A stretch of 39,810 nucleotides of DNA from a virus (IMGVR_UViG_3300008255_000231:1-39810), one strand, 5' to 3'; counted from the first letter of the stretch, positions 17,121 to 27,328 are shown. Notes: generated from the letters alone by a model not told the origin. A program made the numbers and translations.

Positions 17121-19814
17121 ATGCCATTTTATACCACCAACGACGGTAATGTAGTAGAGACCGATGCGCAAGGTAATCTTGTAGGTGTTACGCCCGCTAC
17201 ACCGCAAGTACTACCCGGGGAAGACAATGTCCTCCCGTGGGATTTGCCGCCGGAAGGTATAACACAATCCCAGCCTTTACAGCCGCAACTAGCACCCGAT
17301 GCTATTGCGGACCCCACAGCTATACCTGCTCCTGCGCCCCTAACTGCTCCCGAACCCCCACCTCCACTGGAGGATAGAGCAGCCCTCGAAGCTCGCGTTG
17401 CCGCAGCTAGCCCACTGGGTACCGCGGGTTCTGGCCTGCCTGATCCTAACTACCAGCCTAGCCCACAAGAGCTAAAAGCCGCGCTAGCTGGTGAAGCACC
17501 GGCGGGGATGATCCCACCACAATACGTAGATGCAGAGGCCGAGGCGGCTCGAATTGCTGATCAAGCAAAAAAGGAAAATCAGCCTTGGATCAATCGCATG
17601 ATCGACCGGGCGAACAGCTACGATCAGGCGCACACGGCAGCTATTAATGACCCGGGCGCTATTGGTGAGATGGCACGTCTTGAGGACGCCGGGAAGGTAC
17701 AGGCCGCTAAGGCTGTAGAGCAAACCGCCGCAGCTAAGGCCGAAGAAACCTATAAGAAGGATGTGGCTGAAATTACTACCCGCTATGCCGAGCGGCATAA
17801 AGCGCTCGATGACGAGCTCATTCCGAAAATCCAGAAATTCAGCGAAGAGGCCATGGCTGGTAAGCTCGACAGCAACCGCCTGTGGGCCAACGCTAGCACT
17901 GGTGGGCGCATCGGTGCCGCCCTTAGTATTTTTGTCGGGGGTATGTTCCGCGACAAGACCGGTGGTGTTAACCGCGCGCTCGAAAGTATTGATAAAGCCA
18001 TTGAGCGCGATATTGGCGAGCAGAAGTATAACATCCAGCTTGGCTTCCAAAAGGTAAACCAACTGCGCAGTGATTACGCGTTCCGTGCAGGAGTAATGGA
18101 AGATGATTACTCGAATCAAAAGCTGCAAGAGCTTGCAGGGTACGGTGCTGTTGTGGGCGAGATTAATACTCGGCTGGCCAAGCTTGGCGAGACCGAAGCA
18201 GCCCAAAGACTTCAAGAGCTAAAGGTCGGCGTAGTACAGCGGGCACAGCAAGCACAGAACGATATCCTAATCGAGGGCAAGAAAGCCCTCAAGGCAGATG
18301 AAGACCGCGAGCTCGCGAACAGCCTGACCCGCGCTAAGATCAAGACCGAGGAAGCTAAGGCTGGGTCTTATTTAGCTAAGTCACGTGGCAGCAGTAGTGG
18401 TGGTGGTGGCAAAAGTGGCGTTCCCTCCGTTGCTGGCATGAGCGGACAACAGTATGATAGAGAGCTATTTAATCTCGCCGAGCGTTTCACTAATCCCGAT
18501 AGCGCAGAATACGATAAGGATCTAGCTGCGCGGTGGTTGTCAGGAACATCCGAAGCTAATCGGCGTGTTGATCGTAATACTCTATTTACGCTTAAGGAAG
18601 ATAAAGACATTAAAACAAGAGAGGATGCCCTTAAGTACGTTGCACGGATGAGCGATCCCGATAAGGCTGCAGCACTATCTACCGCTATGTCTATGATGCC
18701 CATTGCTAGGGATAACCTGCTAGAGATGTCACGGTTAGCAAAAAGCGGTAAAGCTCTTGATATTAAATTCTGGAAAACCGACGAAGGCCGAGAATATGCT
18801 CAACGCCTTAAAATATTTGTTATGGATTATAAATTAATGCTAGCGGGCCTAGGCTCTAACCCGGGCGCGTTGGATAACGGATTAATCCAAACTGCCATCG
18901 CGGCCGCTAGTGGTGACCCAGGAGCGTTGGAAAAGGTTTTTAATGGTAACGGAGTAGCAAAAGGCTTCCAGCTAATGGGCCAGCAACTACAGGATAGTAT
19001 GTCTGCCGGTATTCATGGTGCCACACAGAAACAAATATCTATGGCCGCGGTTAATGAAGTCTTCCACCCGATGCAGGACGTAAAGTTCTCTGAGGCTAAA
19101 GATAAAACGGCCGAAGAGCTGAACCGAGAAGGACACCAGTCTTTGTGGGATCGGGTGAAATACGGACAGAGCGATAACGAAAAAGCCGATGGCTGGGATC
19201 CTATTTTTGCGCAGTCTAGTAATCCTATCCTTTTTCGAAATGCGAAACTAGAAACGCTTGATGCAAAGGGTAAGGTTATCAGCTCTAAGGATAATACAAA
19301 AATTACGAACGACGCACAGCTTAGCGCACGAGAAAAATGGTTAACGCCTAAAGAGCAAGAGCAGTACAAAAAGCTGGCCGTTAAGTGGACCACCGAGTCA
19401 AGAGCACCGGTTCTGGCCCGAGCGAAGGACGTAGCGCGCAAAAAGATGGAATGGGTGGAACAGCATACGGCCGAAAAGCAACAAGTCGCTACGCTTGTGG
19501 ACCCGGAAACCGGTGGGCCCGTAGCTGGCGGTAACACTTCTTCCCGTAAGCTGGCCATTAGTGGGTTAGCCAAGAACATTATTAAGCTAGACGGCCTGCT
19601 AAAGGAGTCTGGTTACACCCCGCCCGAGGGTAAAGACATGCGTGCGTACGCTAAAAACCTGTTGGCTAGTGCAGGTGTGAAAAAGCTCCTAGGTGAATTC
19701 GCAGGTGATACAGACGTTGCTGCTATGGTCTACGCGCTAGATAATTTAGCCCGTACTGGTGATGTTAGTGTGTTTCAAACTACCGCAGCTGCCTTTGCGC
19801 GTAAAAATAAATAA
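17121..19814 (+). CDS. Large internal virion / ejection protein
   Basis: 897 aa, Pro-rich N-terminus, long helical regions, synteny. Confidence 0.65.
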   Translation: MPFYTTNDGNVVETDAQGNLVGVTPATPQVLPGEDNVLPWDLPPEGITQSQPLQPQLAPDAIADPTAIPAPAPLTAPEPPPPLEDRAALEARVAAASPLGTAGSGLPDPNYQPSPQELKAALAGEAPAGMIPPQYVDAEAEAARIADQAKKENQPWINRMIDRANSYDQAHTAAINDPGAIGEMARLEDAGKVQAAKAVEQTAAAKAEETYKKDVAEITTRYAERHKALDDELIPKIQKFSEEAMAGKLDSNRLWANASTGGRIGAALSIFVGGMFRDKTGGVNRALESIDKAIERDIGEQKYNIQLGFQKVNQLRSDYAFRAGVMEDDYSNQKLQELAGYGAVVGEINTRLAKLGETEAAQRLQELKVGVVQRAQQAQNDILIEGKKALKADEDRELANSLTRAKIKTEEAKAGSYLAKSRGSSSGGGGKSGVPSVAGMSGQQYDRELFNLAERFTNPDSAEYDKDLAARWLSGTSEANRRVDRNTLFTLKEDKDIKTREDALKYVARMSDPDKAAALSTAMSMMPIARDNLLEMSRLAKSGKALDIKFWKTDEGREYAQRLKIFVMDYKLMLAGLGSNPGALDNGLIQTAIAAASGDPGALEKVFNGNGVAKGFQLMGQQLQDSMSAGIHGATQKQISMAAVNEVFHPMQDVKFSEAKDKTAEELNREGHQSLWDRVKYGQSDNEKADGWDPIFAQSSNPILFRNAKLETLDAKGKVISSKDNTKITNDAQLSAREKWLTPKEQEQYKKLAVKWTTESRAPVLARAKDVARKKMEWVEQHTAEKQQVATLVDPETGGPVAGGNTSSRKLAISGLAKNIIKLDGLLKESGYTPPEGKDMRAYAKNLLASAGVKKLLGEFAGDTDVAAMVYALDNLARTGDVSVFQTTAAAFARKNK

Positions 19815-22090
19815 TGGCTAAATACGTACTCATAAAAAAAGATGACAAAACTATCTCGGTTACCGAGGCAGAAGCTCCAGCGTACGTAGCACAAGAAGGT
19901 TGGAGCTTTGTTAAACCGCAAGAGATCGAAAAGGAGAACGGGGGTAAATGGTTAGTTTCCCCCGAAGAGGCTACTAAGAATATCCGACTGGGTCGTGCTA
20001 GAGTACGTTCCGGGCAAGAGCTCGAAGATGAGCGCTCGTCCATAGCGCGGGAGAAAAAGTACAATACGGGCCTCGGTGCCGTGGCTACGTTCACTACGGC
20101 TGTCGGGAACACCATAACTGGTGGACTAGCGGAACAGCTCTCAAGAGCTTTCGTTAAGCCCGATGAAGATCCGGATTACGACCCGATGGCGCAGGTGCGT
20201 AAGTTTGCCCCTGTGGCGCAAGTAGCCGGGGATGTAACGGGTACCGTTGTGGGTCTCGGTCTCGGCGGGGCCGGTCAAGCTGCCGGTGCGATCGGTAAGG
20301 TTGGTAAGATCCTACAGTACAACCCGCTGGGCTTAGTGGGCAAAGGCAGTACCGCAATCCGCGGAGGAACGGGCCTAGCTGCTACCGGTCGTGCGCTAGC
20401 TGCCGGGGCCTTTGAAGGGGCTGCAATTAACACCCATGCCACAATAACTGATGCACTAGTTGCTGACCACGAGATAGCCGGGGAAGCACTACTTGATGCG
20501 GCCGGTACTGGTGCGCTATGGGGCGTGGGTGCTGAAGGTGCGAGCATGCTGATTAGCCGCGCTGCTTCGCGGTTTGCCAAGAATGCGAAGAAGGCCCACC
20601 CGGTTATTGATAATGCTTCATCGGAAGCAAAGCTTATAAGCACCACAGTCGACGATGCCTACAGATCCGCGGCCAAAGACATTGATAGGATCATGCCAGA
20701 GCTGCACACGCCCGGCGTTGGTGGTTACCTATCAGAAGGAGCGGTTGCGGAGATTAAGGCCGCACGTACCAAGCTCGAATCCTTAGTAGGTGAAAAAGGA
20801 TTAACGGCTGCACTAGCCGACGCACAACCGACCTTACGCCGCGAGATAGTAGAGGCCTTCGATAAGGTACAGGCTACCGCAGCGCAAATGCAGAAAACAT
20901 CTGTAGAGGTTGCGAACAAAGCCGCGTCTCGGGCGGCAACGCGGGCGCAAGGTGCTTCGCGGCGGCTAACGGAAGAGGTAGCTGCCGGTAATAAGATCGG
21001 CCTCAAAGACTCATTAGGTAGGCACGAGGTTGTACCGGACCTTACACCAAAAACGCTAAATATTGTAGACCGCACACCGTTCGATGCGAAATATAAGCTT
21101 GCAACGGGTCTAGAAAAGATGCCTAACGCAGCAGAGGTTGCTAAATCCCTGCAGATAGAAGGGGTATCGATTACCCACCCGGCTACCGAGTTCTTAATCA
21201 ACGGCGCGGCTATGCGCAGCTCTGCAAAGGCTGGAGCACCAGAGGGTGCGCTAGCGCAGATGTTAAGCTACATCCCTGGTGGCGGAATAGCCAAACAGGT
21301 TATAGGGGCCGTAGGTAAGCTAAAGAGCAAAGTTGCCGACGGCATGAAAGGCCTAGTCCGGGTAGCGGACAAGACTAAGGCATTTGCCCCCAGTAAAGTG
21401 GTTCCTGTCCTGCACCGTATTTCTTATGACCCTGGGTACGAAAAAAGCAGCACTAAATACGCAAATACTGCGCAAGATCAGTTCAAGCGTATCTCGGACG
21501 AAATTGCACGCGCAGCCGCGAACCCCGAGGTTACCAAATCGCTGGTGCGTAAACGGCTCGAGCATGTCACAGCAGTTAGCAGTGAGCTCTCGGCCTACCT
21601 AGAGACTAAGTCCATACAGAAGATTGCTTACTTACAGGGTAAGCTTCCTAAGCACGGTGGCGTGGGCATGTTCGGCGGACAGCGCTGGCAGCCTAGCAAG
21701 GCAGAGATCGATAAGTTCACGCGGTATCTGGTAGCGGCCGAAAATCCGACCAGCGTGCTAAAGGCCATGGCCGACGGGAAGTTAACCCCCGAAGCAGCCG
21801 CAGCTGTGAAGGAGCTATACCCACGAATCTATGAGGAAATGCAGAACGCAATCCTTGATAACTACGAGGCCTATCACGAGAAATTAGACTATAGGGCCCG
21901 TATACAGTTGAGCATCCTTACTGGCGTCCCGGTCGATGACGTCATGCGGCCCGAGCTTATTGCCGCAATGCAACAGAACTTTGTAGTCGAGGAAAAGCCG
22001 GGTCCGAATAACGGGGCACCTAACCAGCCGATGCCGGCAGCGGCGCATATAACTGTAGGCATAGAGCCTACTCTAGCTCAGGGGCTGTAA
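19814..22090 (+). CDS. Large internal virion / ejection protein
   Basis: 758 aa with Gly/Ala-rich hydrophobic segments, synteny. Confidence 0.65.
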   Translation: MAKYVLIKKDDKTISVTEAEAPAYVAQEGWSFVKPQEIEKENGGKWLVSPEEATKNIRLGRARVRSGQELEDERSSIAREKKYNTGLGAVATFTTAVGNTITGGLAEQLSRAFVKPDEDPDYDPMAQVRKFAPVAQVAGDVTGTVVGLGLGGAGQAAGAIGKVGKILQYNPLGLVGKGSTAIRGGTGLAATGRALAAGAFEGAAINTHATITDALVADHEIAGEALLDAAGTGALWGVGAEGASMLISRAASRFAKNAKKAHPVIDNASSEAKLISTTVDDAYRSAAKDIDRIMPELHTPGVGGYLSEGAVAEIKAARTKLESLVGEKGLTAALADAQPTLRREIVEAFDKVQATAAQMQKTSVEVANKAASRAATRAQGASRRLTEEVAAGNKIGLKDSLGRHEVVPDLTPKTLNIVDRTPFDAKYKLATGLEKMPNAAEVAKSLQIEGVSITHPATEFLINGAAMRSSAKAGAPEGALAQMLSYIPGGGIAKQVIGAVGKLKSKVADGMKGLVRVADKTKAFAPSKVVPVLHRISYDPGYEKSSTKYANTAQDQFKRISDEIARAAANPEVTKSLVRKRLEHVTAVSSELSAYLETKSIQKIAYLQGKLPKHGGVGMFGGQRWQPSKAEIDKFTRYLVAAENPTSVLKAMADGKLTPEAAAAVKELYPRIYEEMQNAILDNYEAYHEKLDYRARIQLSILTGVPVDDVMRPELIAAMQQNFVVEEKPGPNNGAPNQPMPAAAHITVGIEPTLAQGL

Positions 22091-22101
22091 GCTCAGGGGC
22101 T
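22075..22101 (+). repeat. 12-bp direct repeat AGCTCAGGGGCT across a stop codon
   Basis: 22075-22086 and 22090-22101. Confidence 0.8.
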
Positions 22102-22113
22102 ACAAGGAATAAC

Positions 22114-22479
22114 ATGTCAGGAATTGGATGGAGTCTTAAATTTATTGATAGTCAAGCTATCACGTCCGGAGCAACGGCGTACTCACAACCACTGCGTATT
22201 GGGCACTCTGATAAGCTCTCGTTACACCTAGCGTGGACCATTGCATCAGCTGCTGCTGTTACCACCACTGTGTGGAGTAGCAACAAGAACTCTCCCACCA
22301 CCGCGGATGATACCGATTGGGTACAAGAGACCGCCATTACCGTCGCGGGGCCTACTTCTGCTACCGGTAAGTCCATGACCCATATTAGTAATGTTAATAG
22401 CCGTTTTCTGCGGCTGAAGTTCGTTAGCACTTCAGGTACTGTAGGCGATGTGGATGGCTACGCACAACTAAAAGGGTAA
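22114..22479 (+). CDS. Small beta-rich virion protein
   Basis: 121 aa, Ser/Thr-rich, RFLRLKF, AAGGA RBS. Confidence 0.65.
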   Translation: MSGIGWSLKFIDSQAITSGATAYSQPLRIGHSDKLSLHLAWTIASAAAVTTTVWSSNKNSPTTADDTDWVQETAITVAGPTSATGKSMTHISNVNSRFLRLKFVSTSGTVGDVDGYAQLKG

Positions 22480-22484
22480 AGAAC

Positions 22485-22706
22485 GTGGAGGAAATCATTA
22501 AAATAGTGGATAGCGGCGGGGTACTCGCCCTAGCTATACTTGTGTGGTATGAATTACGCGCATTTCGCGTAGCGGTAGTCAGTACATTAAGTAACATATC
22601 TACTAAACAAGCGCTTATACTACAAAGGCAGACAGAGACCTACGTCTGTCCTTATACGGCTAAGCGAAGATTGGAGCTAAATGCAGACGGTCCTAATGGT
22701 GCTTAG
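22485..22706 (+). CDS. Putative holin
   Basis: One TM segment (GGVLALAILVWY), in lysis cluster. Confidence 0.5.
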   Translation: MEEIIKIVDSGGVLALAILVWYELRAFRVAVVSTLSNISTKQALILQRQTETYVCPYTAKRRLELNADGPNGA

Positions 22707-22980
22707 TGGTCTTGGGGTGGCTTCTACCGTTATACTTGGTATACTTTATGGTAGAGCAGAACACGCTGTAGGCAGCCTAATGGTAGAGCTAGCGAACTAC
22801 AAAGGCGTAGCAGCAGAAAATCTAGTTCTGCGCCGGGAAGTCGCAGAACTACAGTCGGAAATGATGATTGCTCAGAAAGAGAAGTATGATGAGATGGATG
22901 CTCAGGAGCTTGTTGACGTGTTTAATGATATTTTCTCTACTGAACTGCTCGAAGAACCCGACGGTGGTGGTTCCAACTAA
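22681..22980 (+). CDS. Putative i-spanin (Rz-like)
   Basis: N-terminal TM helix plus coiled coil; overlapped by a lipoprotein ORF. Confidence 0.55.
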   Translation: MQTVLMVLSGLGVASTVILGILYGRAEHAVGSLMVELANYKGVAAENLVLRREVAELQSEMMIAQKEKYDEMDAQELVDVFNDIFSTELLEEPDGGGSN

Positions 22981-23188
22981 AGGATGTGTGACCGGTGAAC
23001 CCCCTCGACCCCCTACACTACCGAACCTTGCTTTTGTCTGCAATGTTAATGATGTGCAGCACGTTTGCTTTACTAAAGATACTTTCTCTTACTTAGTGAC
23101 CTATCTTAAAAACCTCGAGCTTTGGGCTCGCGTAAACTACAAACTGTGTAAAGGAGATTCTGAATGGCCTGGTATGAAACAGCACTAA
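22898..23188 (+). CDS. Putative o-spanin lipoprotein (Rz1-like)
   Basis: Hydrophobic signal with LLNC lipobox-like site, Pro-rich, overlapping frame. Confidence 0.6.
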   Translation: MLRSLLTCLMIFSLLNCSKNPTVVVPTKGCVTGEPPRPPTLPNLAFVCNVNDVQHVCFTKDTFSYLVTYLKNLELWARVNYKLCKGDSEWPGMKQH

Positions 23189-23355
23189 TGATTGTCGGAC
23201 TTGTTACTACTAGCGCGGTGGCGCTACTGACGATAATTGCACCTATAACCAAGTGGTCTGGCGACAACTGGCTACTCCAGAAGGTTATCTGGTTCCGCGA
23301 TAAAGTCTTTGCACCTCTTGCCCCAGCTGCGGTAAGCAAAAAGCTTTCCCCTTAA
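23164..23355 (+). CDS. Small membrane protein (holin-like)
   Basis: TM helix, IIAPITKWSGDN, GGAG RBS. Confidence 0.55.
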   Translation: MAWYETALMIVGLVTTSAVALLTIIAPITKWSGDNWLLQKVIWFRDKVFAPLAPAAVSKKLSP

Positions 23356-23396
23356 ACCCACCCAACTGATGTCGGGACCCAACTTACGGGTGCCTT

Positions 23397-23972
23397 TTGA
23401 AAAAACTTCTTCTTCTCACAATCACAGTAGTGGCCCTTTCAGGCGATAGTCTGCAAGCAGAACCACGTCCAGAGCGTACGCTCTGGCAGGCGTGCTTTAA
23501 CGAAGCAGGCAAGGTCTCGTTGCCCTCTGACGTTTACCCTTACACTCCGCCGTGTGCTACGTGGGAATATCTGAACTACGGACATTCCCCAATTACAGTT
23601 GGTATTGATTACTCTGCCGTACTGCACTACCAAAACATTACGGATGCTGTGGATTTCTGGAATGCTGCGCTGGGCTTTGAGGCCATGATCTTCATCACGG
23701 AGGGCACTCCTGACATCCTCATTACCGGTGCCCTTACGGACCGGAACATTTTGGGCACGGCACAACCACTAAAAATTGCCGGGCGGTTGCACAACCTTAT
23801 GACGCTGTACGGGCTCAGCACCCTTGATACTGTAGTGCACGAGTTCGGGCATGCTCTCGGTCTTGGCCACGACCCGGGCAGTGACTACGTCATGGCACCC
23901 TCGGGTAAGAAACGGATTCGCGTACACCCGGAAGACCTAAAGGCAATTCGACAGCTCTACGGTAAACCCTAA
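23397..23972 (+). CDS. Exported matrixin-like (metzincin) zinc metalloprotease
   Basis: Signal peptide MKKLLLLT, HEFGHALGLGH, Met-turn VMAP. Confidence 0.85.
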   Translation: MKKLLLLTITVVALSGDSLQAEPRPERTLWQACFNEAGKVSLPSDVYPYTPPCATWEYLNYGHSPITVGIDYSAVLHYQNITDAVDFWNAALGFEAMIFITEGTPDILITGALTDRNILGTAQPLKIAGRLHNLMTLYGLSTLDTVVHEFGHALGLGHDPGSDYVMAPSGKKRIRVHPEDLKAIRQLYGKP

Positions 23973-24065
23973 CACGTCCGCTGATATTGCGGTCCCGATA
24001 GGACACACGCCTGATTACGCTTGGGCGCGCAACGTGCCCGCGGCTGGCAACATAGAAGGAGTAAA

Positions 24066-24815
24066 ATGGCAATCCTAGGCAACTCACACGACGTTGATAT
24101 GAATCCTCACCAGGGGCTACGACCGGGCCCTCGGAGCGGACCGGGCAGAACTAGCTATCGAATTCCCACCACGGTAGCTGGCGTTGCTGCGCTTACAGGG
24201 TTCACCCCAGACAACCTATGGGGGTTCCAAGACACCGCGGCACCAATCGTGGATGCAGCTAGCGGGCAGAACCTCTCTCAGATAGCAGCAAATACCTATG
24301 CTGATGCAACACCGTTCGCAGGGCACAAACAGATGACCCCAGGTGTTAGCCCTGCCGGCTACGTGAGTGGAGGTATTGGCGGCTTCGGCACAGGAAGTTG
24401 GATGTTTGTTTACGGCACATACGTGCTGGATGACTTAAACCAGGGGGCACTATATGGACTAGCCACTAGTGGTATGTACACCCGGCACAACTATATATCT
24501 GGGCATGCCTTCTACGCTAAAGAAGAAGGCACGCTTGACCATACCCTCACAATCCTCGGTAAGCAGCCGGGGTATGTTGTTAAGGCGGTTGGCATTGACA
24601 AAAGCACCAACCTCATGTTCCAGGCTGTGCGTGGTATGGGTATCACCAACATCAGCACCTACAGTATAACCGGTTGGGGCGCAGTGGCAGGTGGGGGCGG
24701 TATCCAAACGTCCGATGGAGCTGCTCGTAATGAGCCCATGCTCTTTCTGTGGTTGTTCAAGGGTGATAACGGTTACGCGGCCGCAGCGGAAAGGATTGTA
24801 GACAGCATTTTCTAA
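24066..24815 (+). CDS. Putative tail / lectin-like beta-sandwich protein
   Basis: AAGGAG RBS before ATG 24066; Gly/aromatic beta-rich composition. Confidence 0.55.
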   Translation: MAILGNSHDVDMNPHQGLRPGPRSGPGRTSYRIPTTVAGVAALTGFTPDNLWGFQDTAAPIVDAASGQNLSQIAANTYADATPFAGHKQMTPGVSPAGYVSGGIGGFGTGSWMFVYGTYVLDDLNQGALYGLATSGMYTRHNYISGHAFYAKEEGTLDHTLTILGKQPGYVVKAVGIDKSTNLMFQAVRGMGITNISTYSITGWGAVAGGGGIQTSDGAARNEPMLFLWLFKGDNGYAAAAERIVDSIF

Positions 24816-24988
24816 CCGGCGCCCATCTCGTCTATAGCTTTAATTATTCTTGCAAGTACCTCTAGTCTTGTTTCCGGGGCTAGGGGTACTAGCGTACCTA
24901 TGAAGTGATCTGTGTTTTTGTTGATGTCGTAGCCCGGGTGCCGTCCCTCGTAGCGGACTACTTTACCATTATCTATTTTTCGGATCAT
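24812..24988 (-). CDS. 58-aa hypothetical protein (MIRKIDNGKVV...)
   Basis: Manual translation; fills gap, stop overlaps the convergent gene. Confidence 0.55.
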   Translation of the reverse strand: MIRKIDNGKVVRYEGRHPGYDINKNTDHFIGTLVPLAPETRLEVLARIIKAIDEMGAG

Positions 24989-25214
24989 TACCCCACCTTA
25001 CGGCTACGTATGTACCTGCGGCTAATCCCGATAGGTAGGCAAGCGATAGCCAGTAGTTTTTCACGATTGCTAAATACCCAAATAATGCGGGAGCGGCTAT
25101 TAGCAGACTAGCTACTGCAGCCCGGAATGGGCGCCGGTCTACACAGGCACGAACATACACAGCGTAGGCTACATCGATAGCAAAGCCAAACACAAAGATG
25201 ACTACATACGTCAC
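24969..25214 (-). CDS. Small multi-pass membrane protein
   Basis: Three hydrophobic segments. Confidence 0.7.
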   Translation of the reverse strand: MTYVVIFVFGFAIDVAYAVYVRACVDRRPFRAAVASLLIAAPALFGYLAIVKNYWLSLAYLSGLAAGTYVAVRWGNDPKNR

Positions 25215-25447
25215 GGACGCTTCTTCGGTGTTAACTTCTTACGCACTACCGGTTGCGGGTCAGAGCCTGCAAATGTCCAATCCGTATTGTTCCAGTTGAA
25301 CGATAGCTGGTTCATCGGCTGGTTCATCGGCTCGGTAATCTGCTCGTCGCCGTCGGGTTGTTCCGCTTCACAGTGGTCACATACAAAGCTATACAACAGC
25401 AGGGTCATTTCTCCCCTACAGTCGGTACAGTACTTTTTATCACTCAT
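25211..25447 (-). CDS. Zinc-ribbon protein
   Basis: CTDC...CDHC. Confidence 0.65.
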   Translation of the reverse strand: MSDKKYCTDCRGEMTLLLYSFVCDHCEAEQPDGDEQITEPMNQPMNQLSFNWNNTDWTFAGSDPQPVVRKKLTPKKRP

Positions 25448-25899
25448 GACATCACCTCTATAGCGTAATACGCGGGTTGGTTAGCGGCTCGATTTTCAGA
25501 CTTGAAAGCGCAGCCCCATAGCTTTTTGAACTTATGCCAGCTAATTACGTGTACACCGTTGCGCTGCTGATTGCGTTTCGTACGCGCCGGGTCTATCATT
25601 AACATGTGGTTCCAACAGGACAGCATGCCTGGGCTCATTGCTGCTACCCAGTGCGACCACGAATCTACACAAACCAACGATACACCATGAATGCGAACCG
25701 GTTTTGTCAGCCAGAACTCATGATAAGATAAGCCAAGCTCACGTAATCCACGCATCATTTGAAACTCGTCGGTACCCTCGGACGTCGTACCACACAGCCT
25801 AGCCACTGCAGACTGCGCGGGTACACGTTTACCTAGCAGCGCTAGTGCATTCTGAATGCTGGCAGGCCCACACCAGTACTCCTTCTGCTGGTACTTCAT
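25444..25899 (-). CDS. C39-like cysteine peptidase
   Basis: QQKEYWCGPAS (Gln/Cys), HWVA (His), IDPA (Asp). Confidence 0.78.
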   Translation of the reverse strand: MKYQQKEYWCGPASIQNALALLGKRVPAQSAVARLCGTTSEGTDEFQMMRGLRELGLSYHEFWLTKPVRIHGVSLVCVDSWSHWVAAMSPGMLSCWNHMLMIDPARTKRNQQRNGVHVISWHKFKKLWGCAFKSENRAANQPAYYAIEVMS

Positions 25900-26309
25900 T
25901 ATTTTATCAGAGCTGATTCTGCATCACGACATTCGTAGCACACCTTGTGCCCAATGGCGTTTTGGTTGTTGAAGCAGTTCTCGCAAGTATCCTCGGGACC
26001 ATATGAGTAGACCTGGTAGTGCCGGGTATCTCCGGGCTCAGGGTTTGGTTGTTCCTCTACCTCGTGCACCTCATAGGTACGTCCGGTATCACCATCACAC
26101 GTGTTTAAGAGGTCTATGGCTGCATGCAGGTCATCTGGGTCACCGGCTATGGTGACCTCCGGCTGCATTTCCTGCTCAACTAGGTCAAGCATGGCCTCAC
26201 CTATGGTTTCGAAACCCACCCACTGGCGGTAGCGGTCCAGCCGAGCAGCAGTTTCTAGGGACATCTTTACGGAGATGTATACCATGTTATCGTCTTTTAA
26301 CCAGCTCAT
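25899..26309 (-). CDS. Hypothetical protein, RHH-like N-terminus and C-terminal Zn finger
   Basis: ISVKMSLETAARLD; CENC...CYEC. Confidence 0.6.
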   Translation of the reverse strand: MSWLKDDNMVYISVKMSLETAARLDRYRQWVGFETIGEAMLDLVEQEMQPEVTIAGDPDDLHAAIDLLNTCDGDTGRTYEVHEVEEQPNPEPGDTRHYQVYSYGPEDTCENCFNNQNAIGHKVCYECRDAESALIK

Positions 26310-26689
26310 ATCAATTTCCCTCCATGTAGACGTTCACGTCTTTGGTTGTACTCGTCTTTACGTAAGATATGCTCTTCTAAGTCTTTACCGTGTTCTGAGA
26401 ACACGTTCATTACCCGGATTACCGCATCGGCTAGCTCTGTGAAAAAGCCCGAGGGCTTCCACAGCGGGCCGTGGTCTACATCGGAATATACTGTACCGCG
26501 CTCGAACCAGCCGTTTAACTTGTAATCCCTGTAGGCTTCTACTGCTTCTGAGAGCTCGCAGTGCACTAGCGCTACTTCCTCCACGGCTGTGCGGGATAGC
26601 GTGTGCCAGCCCTTATCAATATGCGTTTCCCACACTGCTGCCTGCACATCACTCATTTTTCGCATCGGTAACCCTGCCTTACGTCTCAT
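26306..26689 (-). CDS. MazG-like nucleotide pyrophosphohydrolase
   Basis: ALVHCELSEAVEAYR ... ELADAVIR. Confidence 0.82.
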   Translation of the reverse strand: MRRKAGLPMRKMSDVQAAVWETHIDKGWHTLSRTAVEEVALVHCELSEAVEAYRDYKLNGWFERGTVYSDVDHGPLWKPSGFFTELADAVIRVMNVFSEHGKDLEEHILRKDEYNQRRERLHGGKLI

Positions 26690-26889
26690 GTATTATCGCT
26701 ATCGTCTTCGTAGTATTCATCCATTGACTCTACCATATTTAAGTCACCACCCCGCCTAATATAGGACCTTCCACCATCTACGAACATGGCTTCGCAGGAG
26801 CAACTACGAAAGTCATGTACTGTCACACTTTCCACTACATCCCCACATAATAGACATTTGGCCCTGTTATGCTTAATTCTCATTACCAA
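26686..26889 (-). CDS. Small phage Zn-binding protein
   Basis: CLLC..HDFRSCSC..VDGG motif. Confidence 0.75.
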   Translation of the reverse strand: MVMRIKHNRAKCLLCGDVVESVTVHDFRSCSCEAMFVDGGRSYIRRGGDLNMVESMDEYYEDDSDNT

Positions 26890-26890
26890 A

Positions 26891-27328
26891 CTACCAACCG
26901 TACCTTTCCCAGGCGGCGGGTTCCTCAGTATCTGCTAACCGCCAAAATTCCTCATCCACGTGTTGTCGGTCCGGGTCAACCCCAGCATACATCCTAAAGC
27001 AGTGACCTAGCTCGTGCGAAAGCGCAGTCTCGGCCAGGGCGGCAAATTCCGGCACGAACATCAAATCACACGCAAAGGTAAGTCCTCCAAAACACCGATT
27101 GTCCCAGACTACCGCTGGTCGGTCCTCGCAGGTGGTGGTGGTCCAGCTAACCACGGTCTTCACGCCGTCCAGATTCCAGCCAAACTGTCCTTCCACGGAG
27201 GATACCATGTGGTCCTGTGCAGCTTGCTGATTGGCGTGCATGTCGGTATTGTCCACCTCAATACCACCAAAGGGGCTTGATTCGGGGATACAGCATAGCA
27301 GCAGGGTTAGCATACATGCGAACTTCAT
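26891..27328 (-). CDS. Exported HExxH metallopeptidase-like protein
   Basis: Hydrophobic N-terminus ending LLCC; HELGH and a downstream His. Confidence 0.6.
   Translation of the reverse strand: MKFACMLTLLLCCIPESSPFGGIEVDNTDMHANQQAAQDHMVSSVEGQFGWNLDGVKTVVSWTTTTCEDRPAVVWDNRCFGGLTFACDLMFVPEFAALAETALSHELGHCFRMYAGVDPDRQHVDEEFWRLADTEEPAAWERYGW

Noticed and set aside
17484-21602. Several antisense ORFs of 100-240 aa over the ejection genes
   Set aside because: Shadow frames without motifs or translation signals.
25306-25332. Short in-frame tandem repeats (also 3120-3152 and 9872-9908)
   Set aside because: Ordinary small duplications encoding linker repeats.
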